From assembly GCF_031291095.1 (NCBI RefSeq), contig NZ_JARLJR010000008.1: 64,000 bases of DNA. One strand, 5' to 3'. Positions 1-8,468 of this stretch are shown here, piece after piece. Source of the stretch: Legionella sp. (GTDB taxonomy: Bacteria > Pseudomonadota > Gammaproteobacteria > Legionellales > Legionellaceae). The notes beneath the pieces are model-generated. The model was not told the DNA's origin, did no database searches, and saw only the letters and a program-made list of their open reading frames with translations. How positions within the stretch are numbered: the first letter of the stretch is position 1; every line of letters begins with the position of its first letter. Made by a program: the position numbers and the translations under genes.

Positions 1-886
1 GATAGCGAATAATCGGTTGGGTGGTCCGTAACAGATCGGTAATGATGGGGACAAACCGTCGCTCATCAATCCATTCTTTTTCGATAATTAAAAACTCTTC
101 GTTCATTAATAAACGATTACTGTGTTTCTCACTGATTGCTAAAAATCCTTCAGTACATTGATAAACCTGTGATACTGGGCAAGCAAAGGCTTTCGTGATG
201 ATGGCTGCATCACGGGGCTCTAAAACTTCAGCTACAGCAAAGATTTTTTGTGGTTTTATTGCCACGCGATGTTTTGCTAAAGCTAATAAAACACTTGCAG
301 GTGCTGAGAGGATGGTGGGCTGTAATTGGGTAAGTCGTTCTTTATGGGTATCAAAACGTTCAAGTAAATCAAAAAAATGGAATTGGATTTTTTTACTTTT
401 ACTTAGGGTGGTGTAGAGCTGATTGTTGGCCCGTAAAAAAAAAGCAACCCGCTCCTGTTTTTTTAAGCCTTGCGGTAGGGCTTTTGCCAATAAGATTCCA
501 GCCCAGGCATCCCGTTCCTGGGAGCTAGCAAGAAACAGTCCCCGATTTCCTGAGGTTCCAGAGGAAAGGCCAACCGCAATATCCTCAATTAAGGGTGAAA
601 AATCACGTGAATTTTCCGCGCCTAAAGCAACCGCCAAGGCATGGTCTTTTTTTATATTTACCGTATTAATTTCATCAAAATGTTGCATCATTATTTTTTT
701 ATTGATGATTGGCCATTGAGTGAATGGTTTGTCTAAATAGGGCTGATAAAAAGGCGATTTCCTTAAGGTCTTTTTCACTAACTTTTTAAACCGTTTCTCC
801 TGATAGACAGATAATTGTTCGCGGTTATGAAAACGTTGGTTTAAGTATTGGGTTTTGAAATAATAATAAAGTAACCTAAGTATCAT
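1..886 (-). CDS. Adenylate-forming enzyme, F390-synthetase-related / phenylacetate-CoA ligase-like (ANL superfamily); partial, 3' end beyond the window edge
   Basis: Not in the ORF track. Translated by hand from ATG at 886-884 (ATGA overlap with the MBL stop): MILRLLYYYFKTQYLNQRFHNREQL...GLSSGTSGNRGLF...QVYQCTEGFL...ITDLLRTTQPIIRY. SSGTSG loop, YQCTEG and D..R..QPIIRY motifs are typical of the family. No in-frame stop found in the parts checked (start to ~480 and 1-180). Confidence 0.85.
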   Translation of the reverse strand, partial: MILRLLYYYFKTQYLNQRFHNREQLSVYQEKRFKKLVKKTLRKSPFYQPYLDKPFTQWPIINKKIMMQHFDEINTVNIKKDHALAVALGAENSRDFSPLIEDIAVGLSSGTSGNRGLFLASSQERDAWAGILLAKALPQGLKKQERVAFFLRANNQLYTTLSKSKKIQFHFFDLLERFDTHKERLTQLQPTILSAPASVLLALAKHRVAIKPQKIFAVAEVLEPRDAAIITKAFACPVSQVYQCTEGFLAISEKHSNRLLMNEEFLIIEKEWIDERRFVPIITDLLRTTQPIIRY

Positions 887-1710
887 GAACTTCCCTTTTT
901 AATGCGAGCACGTATGTGTTGGCAATGAGCCGGAATAATATCCAGGGCTTGGTTTTGTTGGTGCAATTGATGCAACTGCAAAATCGTGTTTTGGTACGCT
1001 TGCTTATCCTCATGGATTAAATAAGTCAGGTTACTGGGGTAAATTAATTCCTTAAAGGTTTCTTGATGCCAGCAACTATCAGCAATTAAAAAGGTTTCTT
1101 TGCCCTCAATTGATTTAAAATACAAACCGATTTGCCCTTTGGCATGCCCAGGCAAAGATATAGCAATTAATTGCCCATCATTAAATAAATCAAAGCCAGA
1201 CGTAAATGGGGATAGTTCTGCGGGCAGAGCGATTTCTTGCTTTAGAAGTACCAAGCGTTCATAGAAATCTTTGGGAAGTAAATCAGGTAAAAAACCTTTA
1301 ATTAACGCGCGTATTCCTTTTTTCTTATCGATGCCGCTGATGGCTTCAGGATGACAGATAAACTGAGCATTAGGAAAATCTTTTAACCCACCAATGTGGT
1401 CGGCATGAAAATGCGAAATAATAATAGTACGGATTTCACTTGCCTGAATGTGCTGTTCTTCCAATTGCTGTTTTAGGGATTTCTTTAAAATCACTGGGGT
1501 AAGTCGTCGGTACAGTGAAAAAGGAAATTTTTGTGTAAGTTGGAAGAAGCGATCGCTATAACCGGTATCAAATAAAATATAGCCCTGTTGTGGATGCTTG
1601 ATTAAAGCGCAAAGTGCAGGGTAGTCGCATTGTTGCATACGCCCAGATTTTAGGGTCATTCGTTCACAATGCTTGCAATAGCCGGCTTCAAATAACTGAT
1701 ATTCAATCAT
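883..1710 (-). CDS. Metallo-beta-lactamase-fold hydrolase
   Basis: HFHADH (HxHxDH), GHAKG, IADS and PAHC metal ligands; LFDTGY strand. Confidence 0.9.
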   Translation of the reverse strand: MIEYQLFEAGYCKHCERMTLKSGRMQQCDYPALCALIKHPQQGYILFDTGYSDRFFQLTQKFPFSLYRRLTPVILKKSLKQQLEEQHIQASEIRTIIISHFHADHIGGLKDFPNAQFICHPEAISGIDKKKGIRALIKGFLPDLLPKDFYERLVLLKQEIALPAELSPFTSGFDLFNDGQLIAISLPGHAKGQIGLYFKSIEGKETFLIADSCWHQETFKELIYPSNLTYLIHEDKQAYQNTILQLHQLHQQNQALDIIPAHCQHIRARIKKGSS

Positions 1711-2692
1711 GATGTTGGTACCATTTTGCGAAGCGTTCTATTCCTTGGGAAATACTAAACAATGGTCGATAGCTTAAATCGTTTTGAGCTGCTTCTATAT
1801 TTAAAGTTTGTCCCAAAGATAAAACGCCAGCACTGTATTTTGTTAAGCGAGGTTCTGAATGTATAAACGGCAAACGATAAATTTTCTCCAAACATGCAGC
1901 ATAGTTTTTGGCTAGAGCATAAGGGATAAATTTGGGCGTAAACGGCTTTTGCAGCGCGTCAAATAATTGCTTCAGTATGTGGATTAAAGTTTGGGGCTCG
2001 TCATTCGTAATGTTATATTTGTTGCCACAAAATTGGGTGTCTGCTTTAGCGGCTAAGAGTAAGCTTTCCACTACATTATCCACATAGGTAATATCAATAA
2101 GATTCTTTCCTGTACCAATAATGGGTAAAACACCTTTGCGTTCGCTTTGTAGTAGGCGGGGGAATATTGCGCGATCATAGGGACCAAAGATGGCTCGCGG
2201 GCGTAGAGTGATCACATTAAGATTTTTCTCTCGATAGGCCTTATCAATCAATGCTTCTGCCATTAACTTGGTTTTGACATAGTGATTCGCAGGTTTTTCT
2301 GGTAATGGCTCTTGTTCTTTGATGTTATGTCGTTCGCTAAAATCAAAGTAAATGCTTGGTGATGAAACATGAACTAAACGCGTTGTTTCTGCGGTGCAGT
2401 CAATGACATGCTGCGTTCCTAAAACATTAGCCTTATAAAAATCTTGATAACGTCCCCAAGGACTAGAGAGGGCGGCACAATGGAATATGGTTTGCGTCTT
2501 TTGAGGGATTACATTTTTTAGTTTTACCTTATCGTGTAAGTCCACCTTAATAAAACGAGCTCCTGCTTGCGTAAGGATTTTACCCAAGGCTTCATTGCGT
2601 CCTAAGGCGATGACCTCAATGCCTTGTTCCAGCAAACGCTGAGTTAAATTCAGTCCCAAACAACCCGTTGCCCCTGTAACTACAGAAACCAT
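1703..2692 (-). CDS. Extended SDR, NAD-dependent epimerase/3-beta-hydroxysteroid-dehydrogenase-like
   Basis: VTGATGCLG (GxxGxxG), SSPSIY, YVKTK (YxxxK), LRPRAIFGP. Preferred start is ATG 2692, 1 nt after the KAS III stop (track extends to 2725). Confidence 0.9.
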   Translation of the reverse strand: MVSVVTGATGCLGLNLTQRLLEQGIEVIALGRNEALGKILTQAGARFIKVDLHDKVKLKNVIPQKTQTIFHCAALSSPWGRYQDFYKANVLGTQHVIDCTAETTRLVHVSSPSIYFDFSERHNIKEQEPLPEKPANHYVKTKLMAEALIDKAYREKNLNVITLRPRAIFGPYDRAIFPRLLQSERKGVLPIIGTGKNLIDITYVDNVVESLLLAAKADTQFCGNKYNITNDEPQTLIHILKQLFDALQKPFTPKFIPYALAKNYAACLEKIYRLPFIHSEPRLTKYSAGVLSLGQTLNIEAAQNDLSYRPLFSISQGIERFAKWYQHHD

Positions 2693-2693
2693 T

Positions 2694-3668
2694 TTAGTAC
2701 TCCAGAATAAGTCCGCCAGCCGCAAGTCCTGCGCCAGTACCTAAAAGCAGCACTAATTGTCCGCGTTGTAATTGCTGGCTGTCAATTAGATGGCATAGTG
2801 CAGTGGGAATTGATGCAGCAATTTGATTACCATGATGGGGGTAAATGGAAACATACTTTTCTTGGGGAATATTTAGTCTTTTTTGGATGTGTTGCATGGC
2901 CAGTAAGCTGGCTTGATGAGGAATAATCCAATGAATATCGCTCAGTGAAACCTGAGCTTTGTTCAAGAGACTCTCCATCAAATTATCTAATAGTTTAGAG
3001 GCTAATTTAAAGACCTTTTTTCCTTCCATATAGAATAAGGATTGCTCCACGGTCGGACTTGGCAAGCGTGTGCCGCCTGCATCAATTTTGCATATATTTG
3101 CGCCAATACTATGAGTTTCATGATGCGCTGAAAGAATACGTTCCCTACCTTCACTTTGTTCCAAAACACAGGCCGCTGCACCATCACCAAAAATAGTGCA
3201 GGTTTCCATATCCTGCCAATTAAGTCCTACAGAAGCGATTTCGCTGGAAACAATTAAGATTCGTTTAAAACGCCCGCCTGCAAGTAAATGGGAGGCAATA
3301 TCTAGGGCGGTAATAAAACTGAGGCAGGTACTGTTTACATCAAAACAGGCAATCCCTGATGATTCTAGCCCTAGTTGTTGTTGAATTAAAGCGGCAGTGC
3401 AGGGAATAGCTTGCTCCCCTACGCCACAGGCACTGATAATTGCATCCAGATCTGTCAAGTTTATCTGAGCTTTTTCTACCGCAATACGCCCTGCTTGTGC
3501 TCCCATATAGGAGGTTGTTTCATCGTTAGCAGCAAAATGCCGTGAAATAAGGCCTGACTTTTTTTGTACACTTCCTTCAGCTAACTGAAGTTTTGCATCT
3601 AATTCGGAAGATAACACTTTATTTCTAGGTAAATAGCGACCCATTCCAATAATTTTTACGCTAGGCAT
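2694..3668 (-). CDS. 3-oxoacyl-ACP synthase III family (FabH-like condensing enzyme)
   Basis: Cys-His-Asn triad in DVNSTCLSF, IPHQAS and HGNQIAAS; IFGDGAAA; GTGAG. Confidence 0.92.
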   Translation of the reverse strand: MPSVKIIGMGRYLPRNKVLSSELDAKLQLAEGSVQKKSGLISRHFAANDETTSYMGAQAGRIAVEKAQINLTDLDAIISACGVGEQAIPCTAALIQQQLGLESSGIACFDVNSTCLSFITALDIASHLLAGGRFKRILIVSSEIASVGLNWQDMETCTIFGDGAAACVLEQSEGRERILSAHHETHSIGANICKIDAGGTRLPSPTVEQSLFYMEGKKVFKLASKLLDNLMESLLNKAQVSLSDIHWIIPHQASLLAMQHIQKRLNIPQEKYVSIYPHHGNQIAASIPTALCHLIDSQQLQRGQLVLLLGTGAGLAAGGLILEY

Positions 3669-3672
3669 TGGT

Positions 3673-4341
3673 TTAATTCCTTAAAAAATTAGCCTTGGGT
3701 GGAGGCACTTGTTGTGTAAAAAAACGATAGTCTTTAGCAAAAAACATACAGGATAGTGCATAAACGCCATAGGTAATAAATGGTGCGGCAAAAACATCGA
3801 TGCTGTAATGAATATGTCCAATGAGAACAATGCAAGCAAAAAACACACTGGAAAGAAAACAAAAATAACGAATTTTTTTGTTATCCCAAAAAAGTAACAT
3901 TAGCAAAAAAGGACCACCAACATGGCCTGAAAAAAAGAGATCCCCATCAAAAAGGAAAAAAGAAGCGAGATTTTCGGGAATGGCTAATTCATTCGTCGGA
4001 GCACCTAAATGAGTAAGACAGATAAATGCGCTGCGCACTAGAATGAACAGGGCGGAAGACTTTGTTACAAAAGGTATTTTTTCTGGGTGCAGGATGATAT
4101 AGCTTGTAAAGCCGAGCCAGAAGAATAGAGCAGCATAAACATGGATAAATGTAACGTTGTGCATGGGCAAATATTGCAGTATCAGATCATCTACTTGTTG
4201 GCCTGCTACCTGTGATGCATAGAGTCCGGCTTGATTGGCGATAATAAAACTAAAAAGCAGTAGGGAGATACCCAGCAGGGTTGTCCAAAGGAAATGGGAG
4301 TCTTGGCAGAGCTCCTTATAATTTGACCATATGGTTTTCAT
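3673..4341 (-). CDS. Sphingomyelin-synthase / PAP2_C-like integral membrane phosphotransferase
   Basis: About 6 hydrophobic helices; DLFFSGH (D3-like) and HYSIDV (D4-like) supply the His-His-Asp triad; R...T.L D2-like segment. Confidence 0.75.
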   Translation of the reverse strand: MKTIWSNYKELCQDSHFLWTTLLGISLLLFSFIIANQAGLYASQVAGQQVDDLILQYLPMHNVTFIHVYAALFFWLGFTSYIILHPEKIPFVTKSSALFILVRSAFICLTHLGAPTNELAIPENLASFFLFDGDLFFSGHVGGPFLLMLLFWDNKKIRYFCFLSSVFFACIVLIGHIHYSIDVFAAPFITYGVYALSCMFFAKDYRFFTQQVPPPKANFLRN

Positions 4342-5504
4342 TTATTTACTATCTCTTGATAAAGCGCTTCATAGCGCTCTATAGTTTGTTGAATGTCGTG
4401 TTGTTCCGCTAATTTTCTACTTGCCCTACCCATTTGATGGCTTTTTTCCGGATCAGTGAGTAGTTCAATCAAATATTTTGTGAGGGCGCTTACATCATTT
4501 TCTGCAAATAGATAACCATTTACTCCTGGGGTAACCAGTTCCGGCAGAGCCATAGCATTAACTGCCAGCAAGGGTAATCCTGATGCAATCGCTTCTAAGG
4601 CAACAATACTTTGTAACTCAACCGGGCAGGCGTTTACAAAACATTGGGCTAAACCGTGTATTTTGGGATAGTCATCATCAGTTAAATAACCGGTAAAGGT
4701 TACATGTTCTCTGAGTCCTAATATCTGCACTAGGTGTTCTAGACGACGGCGTTCTGCTCCGTGGCCTGTTAATACAAAATGAGCATCAACCTGCTGTCGG
4801 GCAGCCTGAAATGCATGCATAACCATAGATATATTTTTTTCCTGATCCAGGCGGCCGGTGTAAAGCAGGATGGGTTTTTCAGGTATGGTAAAGTGTTGGC
4901 GAATTTGTTGTGCATCCTGGCCCGGTTTAAACTTTTGTAAATCAACGCCACAAGAAATAGCATGTACTTCTTTTCTCAAGTGCGCTTTTTTGAGTAATTG
5001 TGCGGCAGTTTGAGTTGGGGTGGTTACGGCATCTACTTGAGACAACATATCAACAATAATGCGCCAGCAGGTGCGGTTAAACCAGGGTTCGAAACGCTTG
5101 GGTAGTTTTGTATAGTGGAAAAAATTTTCCGGCATAAAATGGTTTGTCGCCATCATGGGTAAGCCCATTTTCTTGCCGGCTCGATAACAAATTCCACCCA
5201 GAATAAATTTGCCCTGAATATGAATGAGGTCAGGTTTAAAGTCCTGAATTGCGTTAATCATTCCCTTCTTAATAAAAAAAGGCAAACAAACACGAAAGTT
5301 TTTATAGAGAAACACCGGCCAGGAACGCGCTCCATACAAGCGTACGCCATCGTATTCCTGGTAAGCTTGCTTTCCCGTTTTGGAGGGGCAAATGACTAAA
5401 ACTTCATGGCCTCTTTTTTGTAGCAACGAGGCGAGGCGATGTGTGAAATAGGCTCCTCCATTTAAGTCAGGAGGATAACTGTCTAATACCGTGATAATTC
5501 TCAT
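4338..5504 (-). CDS. GT4 family glycosyltransferase (monoglucosyl-diacylglycerol-synthase-like)
   Basis: DSYPPDLNGG N-terminus, YTGRLDQEKN, ELQSIVALEAIASG (Ex7E), GVNGYL. Confidence 0.9.
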   Translation of the reverse strand: MRIITVLDSYPPDLNGGAYFTHRLASLLQKRGHEVLVICPSKTGKQAYQEYDGVRLYGARSWPVFLYKNFRVCLPFFIKKGMINAIQDFKPDLIHIQGKFILGGICYRAGKKMGLPMMATNHFMPENFFHYTKLPKRFEPWFNRTCWRIIVDMLSQVDAVTTPTQTAAQLLKKAHLRKEVHAISCGVDLQKFKPGQDAQQIRQHFTIPEKPILLYTGRLDQEKNISMVMHAFQAARQQVDAHFVLTGHGAERRRLEHLVQILGLREHVTFTGYLTDDDYPKIHGLAQCFVNACPVELQSIVALEAIASGLPLLAVNAMALPELVTPGVNGYLFAENDVSALTKYLIELLTDPEKSHQMGRASRKLAEQHDIQQTIERYEALYQEIVNK

Positions 5505-5727
5505 TAATTAAGCTTAACATTGACCATGGACCTCTATTGGCTCAATGTGGTCATTAATTGAGCTTCCATAATATAGGTATTTTGTTTGCAATGCAATTAT
5601 TATTCGAGGCACCAAAAGCGAGGGAAATTTATTTTTTATACTTTTGTTTTTATTATCTGATTTTTCAATGCATTTTCTTATTAATTCGTGATAGATTAAC
5701 GGTCATAAATTTATAAGTTGCAAAGGA

Positions 5728-7224
5728 TTGTTGCCAGTGCTTGGTTTTAGATCTCGCCCAAGTGTGTTTATTGGGGTATTTACACTTTCTGTTCTGCAGG
5801 CTGGCTGTATGGTTGGGCCCAATTTTCGCTCACCACCATTACCACCAGTCAAGCAATATACTGAGTCGCCTTTGCCTGCTAAGACTGTGAAAACATCCGG
5901 AGCAGGGGGAAAAGCACAAGCTTTTATTAAGAATAAAGACATCCCTCTGTTATGGTGGGAACTTTATCAATCTCCTGAAATTAATCAATTAGTTAAGGCG
6001 GGTTTGGACAATAGCCCTACCTTGGCCTCGGCCTCAGCCGCGCTGCGTCAAGCGAGAGAAAATTGGCGTGCACAAGTTGGCAATTTGTTACTTCCCGCCA
6101 TTAATGGCTCCTTTGGCGTAGAGCGTCAACGTTACGCAACCGCGCAAATTGGTACGCCTGGTCAAAGTTCTACGTTCTCCATTTATAGTACGGCTTTTAA
6201 CGTTTCTTATGTGCTTGATGTATTCGGCGGGTCGCGACGAGAACTTGAATCGTTGCGTGCTCAGGTAGACTATCAACAATTTGAAGAAATCGCGGCACAC
6301 CTTACATTGGCTTCCAATATTGTTACCACTGCCATAAATATTGCATCTTATCAAGCGCAAATTGATGCAACCCGTCGCTTAATTAAAATCGAACAAGATT
6401 TATTGAATATTTTAAACGCTCAGTTTAATGTGGGGGCGGTTTCTCGTGCAAATGTATTGACGCAGCAAACCTTATTGGAGCAGTCTAAAGCAACCTTACC
6501 GCCATTACAAAAAAACTTATCTTTAGCGAAGCACTCTTTATCCGTGCTGGTTGGTGAATTTCCAGAGGGAGCTTTACCTAAGCTTGATTTAAATCGATTA
6601 AAATTACCTACCGAATTACCGTTAAGCATCCCTTCGATGTTGGTGCGCCAGCGCCCCGATGTGCGTGCGGCGGAGGCGCTACTGCATTCTGCTTGCGCGC
6701 AAGTCGGCGTTGCTACCGCCAATCTTTTCCCGCAGGTCTCGTTAACAGGTAATGACGGTTGGCTTAATATTTCTTGGTCCAAACTATTTACTGGTCCAAA
6801 CAATGTTTGGTTGATTGGGGCGGCTGTGGCGCAGCCATTATTTCGCGGGGGCGCTTTATTTGCCCAACGTCGAGCGGCTATCGCGGCTTTTGAGCAGGCG
6901 AAGGCTCAGTACCAACAAACTGTTTTGCAAGCGTTTCAAAATGTGGCTGATGTTTTAAGTGCTATAGAAACAGATGCACGAACATTACAAGCAGATATTC
7001 GTGCTGAAGATGCTGCACGCGACGCCTTAAAGTTGACGGTACAGCAATTTCGCCTTGGTGGCGTTAATTATATTAACTTATTAAATGCGCAACAACAGTA
7101 CCAGCAAACATTGTTAAGTCGTATCCAGGCGCAGACTTTACGTTATACCGATACAGCCGGTTTATTCCAAGCTTTAGGTGGTGGCTGGTGGCATAAACCC
7201 TGGTGTGTAAAAGAATGTCTGTAA
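5728..7224 (+). CDS. Outer membrane efflux factor lipoprotein (NodT/OprM family)
   Basis: AGC-MVGPNF lipoprotein N-terminus, DVFGGSRR, RQRPDVRAAE, ANLFPQVSL, LFQALGGGWW C-terminus; exact start uncertain. Confidence 0.93.
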   Translation: MLPVLGFRSRPSVFIGVFTLSVLQAGCMVGPNFRSPPLPPVKQYTESPLPAKTVKTSGAGGKAQAFIKNKDIPLLWWELYQSPEINQLVKAGLDNSPTLASASAALRQARENWRAQVGNLLLPAINGSFGVERQRYATAQIGTPGQSSTFSIYSTAFNVSYVLDVFGGSRRELESLRAQVDYQQFEEIAAHLTLASNIVTTAINIASYQAQIDATRRLIKIEQDLLNILNAQFNVGAVSRANVLTQQTLLEQSKATLPPLQKNLSLAKHSLSVLVGEFPEGALPKLDLNRLKLPTELPLSIPSMLVRQRPDVRAAEALLHSACAQVGVATANLFPQVSLTGNDGWLNISWSKLFTGPNNVWLIGAAVAQPLFRGGALFAQRRAAIAAFEQAKAQYQQTVLQAFQNVADVLSAIETDARTLQADIRAEDAARDALKLTVQQFRLGGVNYINLLNAQQQYQQTLLSRIQAQTLRYTDTAGLFQALGGGWWHKPWCVKECL

Positions 7225-7234
7225 GTGTAGGAGA

Positions 7235-7286
7235 CGTCATTCTGAAATGAGGCAGAGACCTTTACTTAATGGTCGTGAGGATGGCG
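7235..7286. repeat. Degenerate CGTC-type REP-like inverted repeat inside the efflux operon
   Basis: CGTCATTCTGA ... TGAGGATGGCG imperfect IR resembling the GTCATCCTGA...TCAGGATGAC family also seen at 37206. Confidence 0.4.
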
Positions 7287-7320
7287 TTTAAGATTTAGAT
7301 ACAAGTTAAGAGAGAATTTC

Positions 7321-8457
7321 TTGAAAAAGCAAATGACAATTATGTTAGTATCCTTGGCGATACTTTTCGGTTTAATTTTTGGCTGGAAAGCGTTTTCAGG
7401 ATTCATGATGAGACGATATTTTGCGAGCATGGAGAATCCGATAATTACGGTATCCACCATGAAAGCTGAAAAGTCTTTATGGCAGCCAATGATGAAGGCT
7501 GTTGGAAGTTTACGGGCTCGCGTCGGAGTGAATGTTACGACTGAACTGGCAGGCATGGTGAAAACGATTTCGTTTACCCCCGGTGCTCAAGTTGAAAAAG
7601 GCGCCCTTTTAGTGCAATTAAATGCGGATGCCGAATTGGGGCAGTTGCATTCATTACAGGCCCAAGTTGAGTTAGCTAAAATTACCTATGAACGGGATAA
7701 AGCCCAACTTAAAGTTAATGCAGTGAGCAAACAAGTAGTAGATACTGATTGGTGGAATCTTAAAAATCTGCAAGCACAGGTAGAGCAGCAAGCCGCCATT
7801 GTAGAAAAAAAGACGGTACGTGCACCATTTTCTGGGCGATTAGGGATTAATAACGTCAACCCAGGACAATATCTTAATGTTGGCGATACGGTCACTGCCT
7901 TACAGGATCTAAATATAATTTACGCTGACTTTTTCTTGCCCCAGCAATCCTTGGCGGATCTGGAACTTGGGCAAGTGGTTTCCATTGCTGTCGATACCTT
8001 TCCAGAGCAAACCTTTAAAGGAAAAATTACGACCATTCAACCTCAAGTCGATGTTAATACACGTAATGTGGAGGTCGAGGCGACTTTGTTGAACGCTCGT
8101 TTCTTATTAAAACCTGGTATGTTTGTGCATACTGCCGTAGAAGTGCAGTCCAAGCGCAGCTACATCACCTTACCTCAATCGGCAATCAGTTTTAATTCTT
8201 ATGGGGATATCGTTTATGTCGTTAAAGACAGTGGCAAAAAAGATGATAAAAACCGACCCATGCTTACGGTGCGACAGGTTTTTGTTACTTTAGGCGATAC
8301 ACGAGGGGATCAGGTTGCGGTTTTGAAAGGCATTACCGAGGGAGAAACCGTCGTAACCAGTGGGCAATTAAAGCTTAAAAATGGCAGCCGAATTACGGTG
8401 AATAACACCATCCAACCCAGTAATGAGGCGAACCCTCAGGTTACAAATAGACGCTAA
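7321..8457 (+). CDS. RND efflux periplasmic adaptor (membrane fusion protein)
   Basis: N-terminal anchor, lipoyl half-motifs (GMVKTISFTPGAQVEKGALLVQL; VRAPFSGRLG), LKPGMFV, V.LG...G. Confidence 0.93.
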   Translation: MKKQMTIMLVSLAILFGLIFGWKAFSGFMMRRYFASMENPIITVSTMKAEKSLWQPMMKAVGSLRARVGVNVTTELAGMVKTISFTPGAQVEKGALLVQLNADAELGQLHSLQAQVELAKITYERDKAQLKVNAVSKQVVDTDWWNLKNLQAQVEQQAAIVEKKTVRAPFSGRLGINNVNPGQYLNVGDTVTALQDLNIIYADFFLPQQSLADLELGQVVSIAVDTFPEQTFKGKITTIQPQVDVNTRNVEVEATLLNARFLLKPGMFVHTAVEVQSKRSYITLPQSAISFNSYGDIVYVVKDSGKKDDKNRPMLTVRQVFVTLGDTRGDQVAVLKGITEGETVVTSGQLKLKNGSRITVNNTIQPSNEANPQVTNRR

Positions 8458-8468
8458 GGATTGCATTT

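Noticed and set aside
195-719. Plus-strand ORFs 195..416 and 423..719 in the track
   Set aside because: Shadow frames opposite the real minus-strand adenylate-forming enzyme gene (1-886)
883-3668. Calling the lipid operon an oleABCD olefin/beta-lactone pathway
   Set aside because: KAS III, SDR and ANL parallel OleA/D/C, but the hydrolase is MBL-fold rather than an alpha/beta-hydrolase and the ANL enzyme is of the short F390/PaaK-like type; analogy only
5500-5525. TTAAG/TTAAT pair just upstream of the GT4 start
   Set aside because: Half-site spacing is off by one and it abuts the ATG, with no -10 at the expected distance; not a PmrA box
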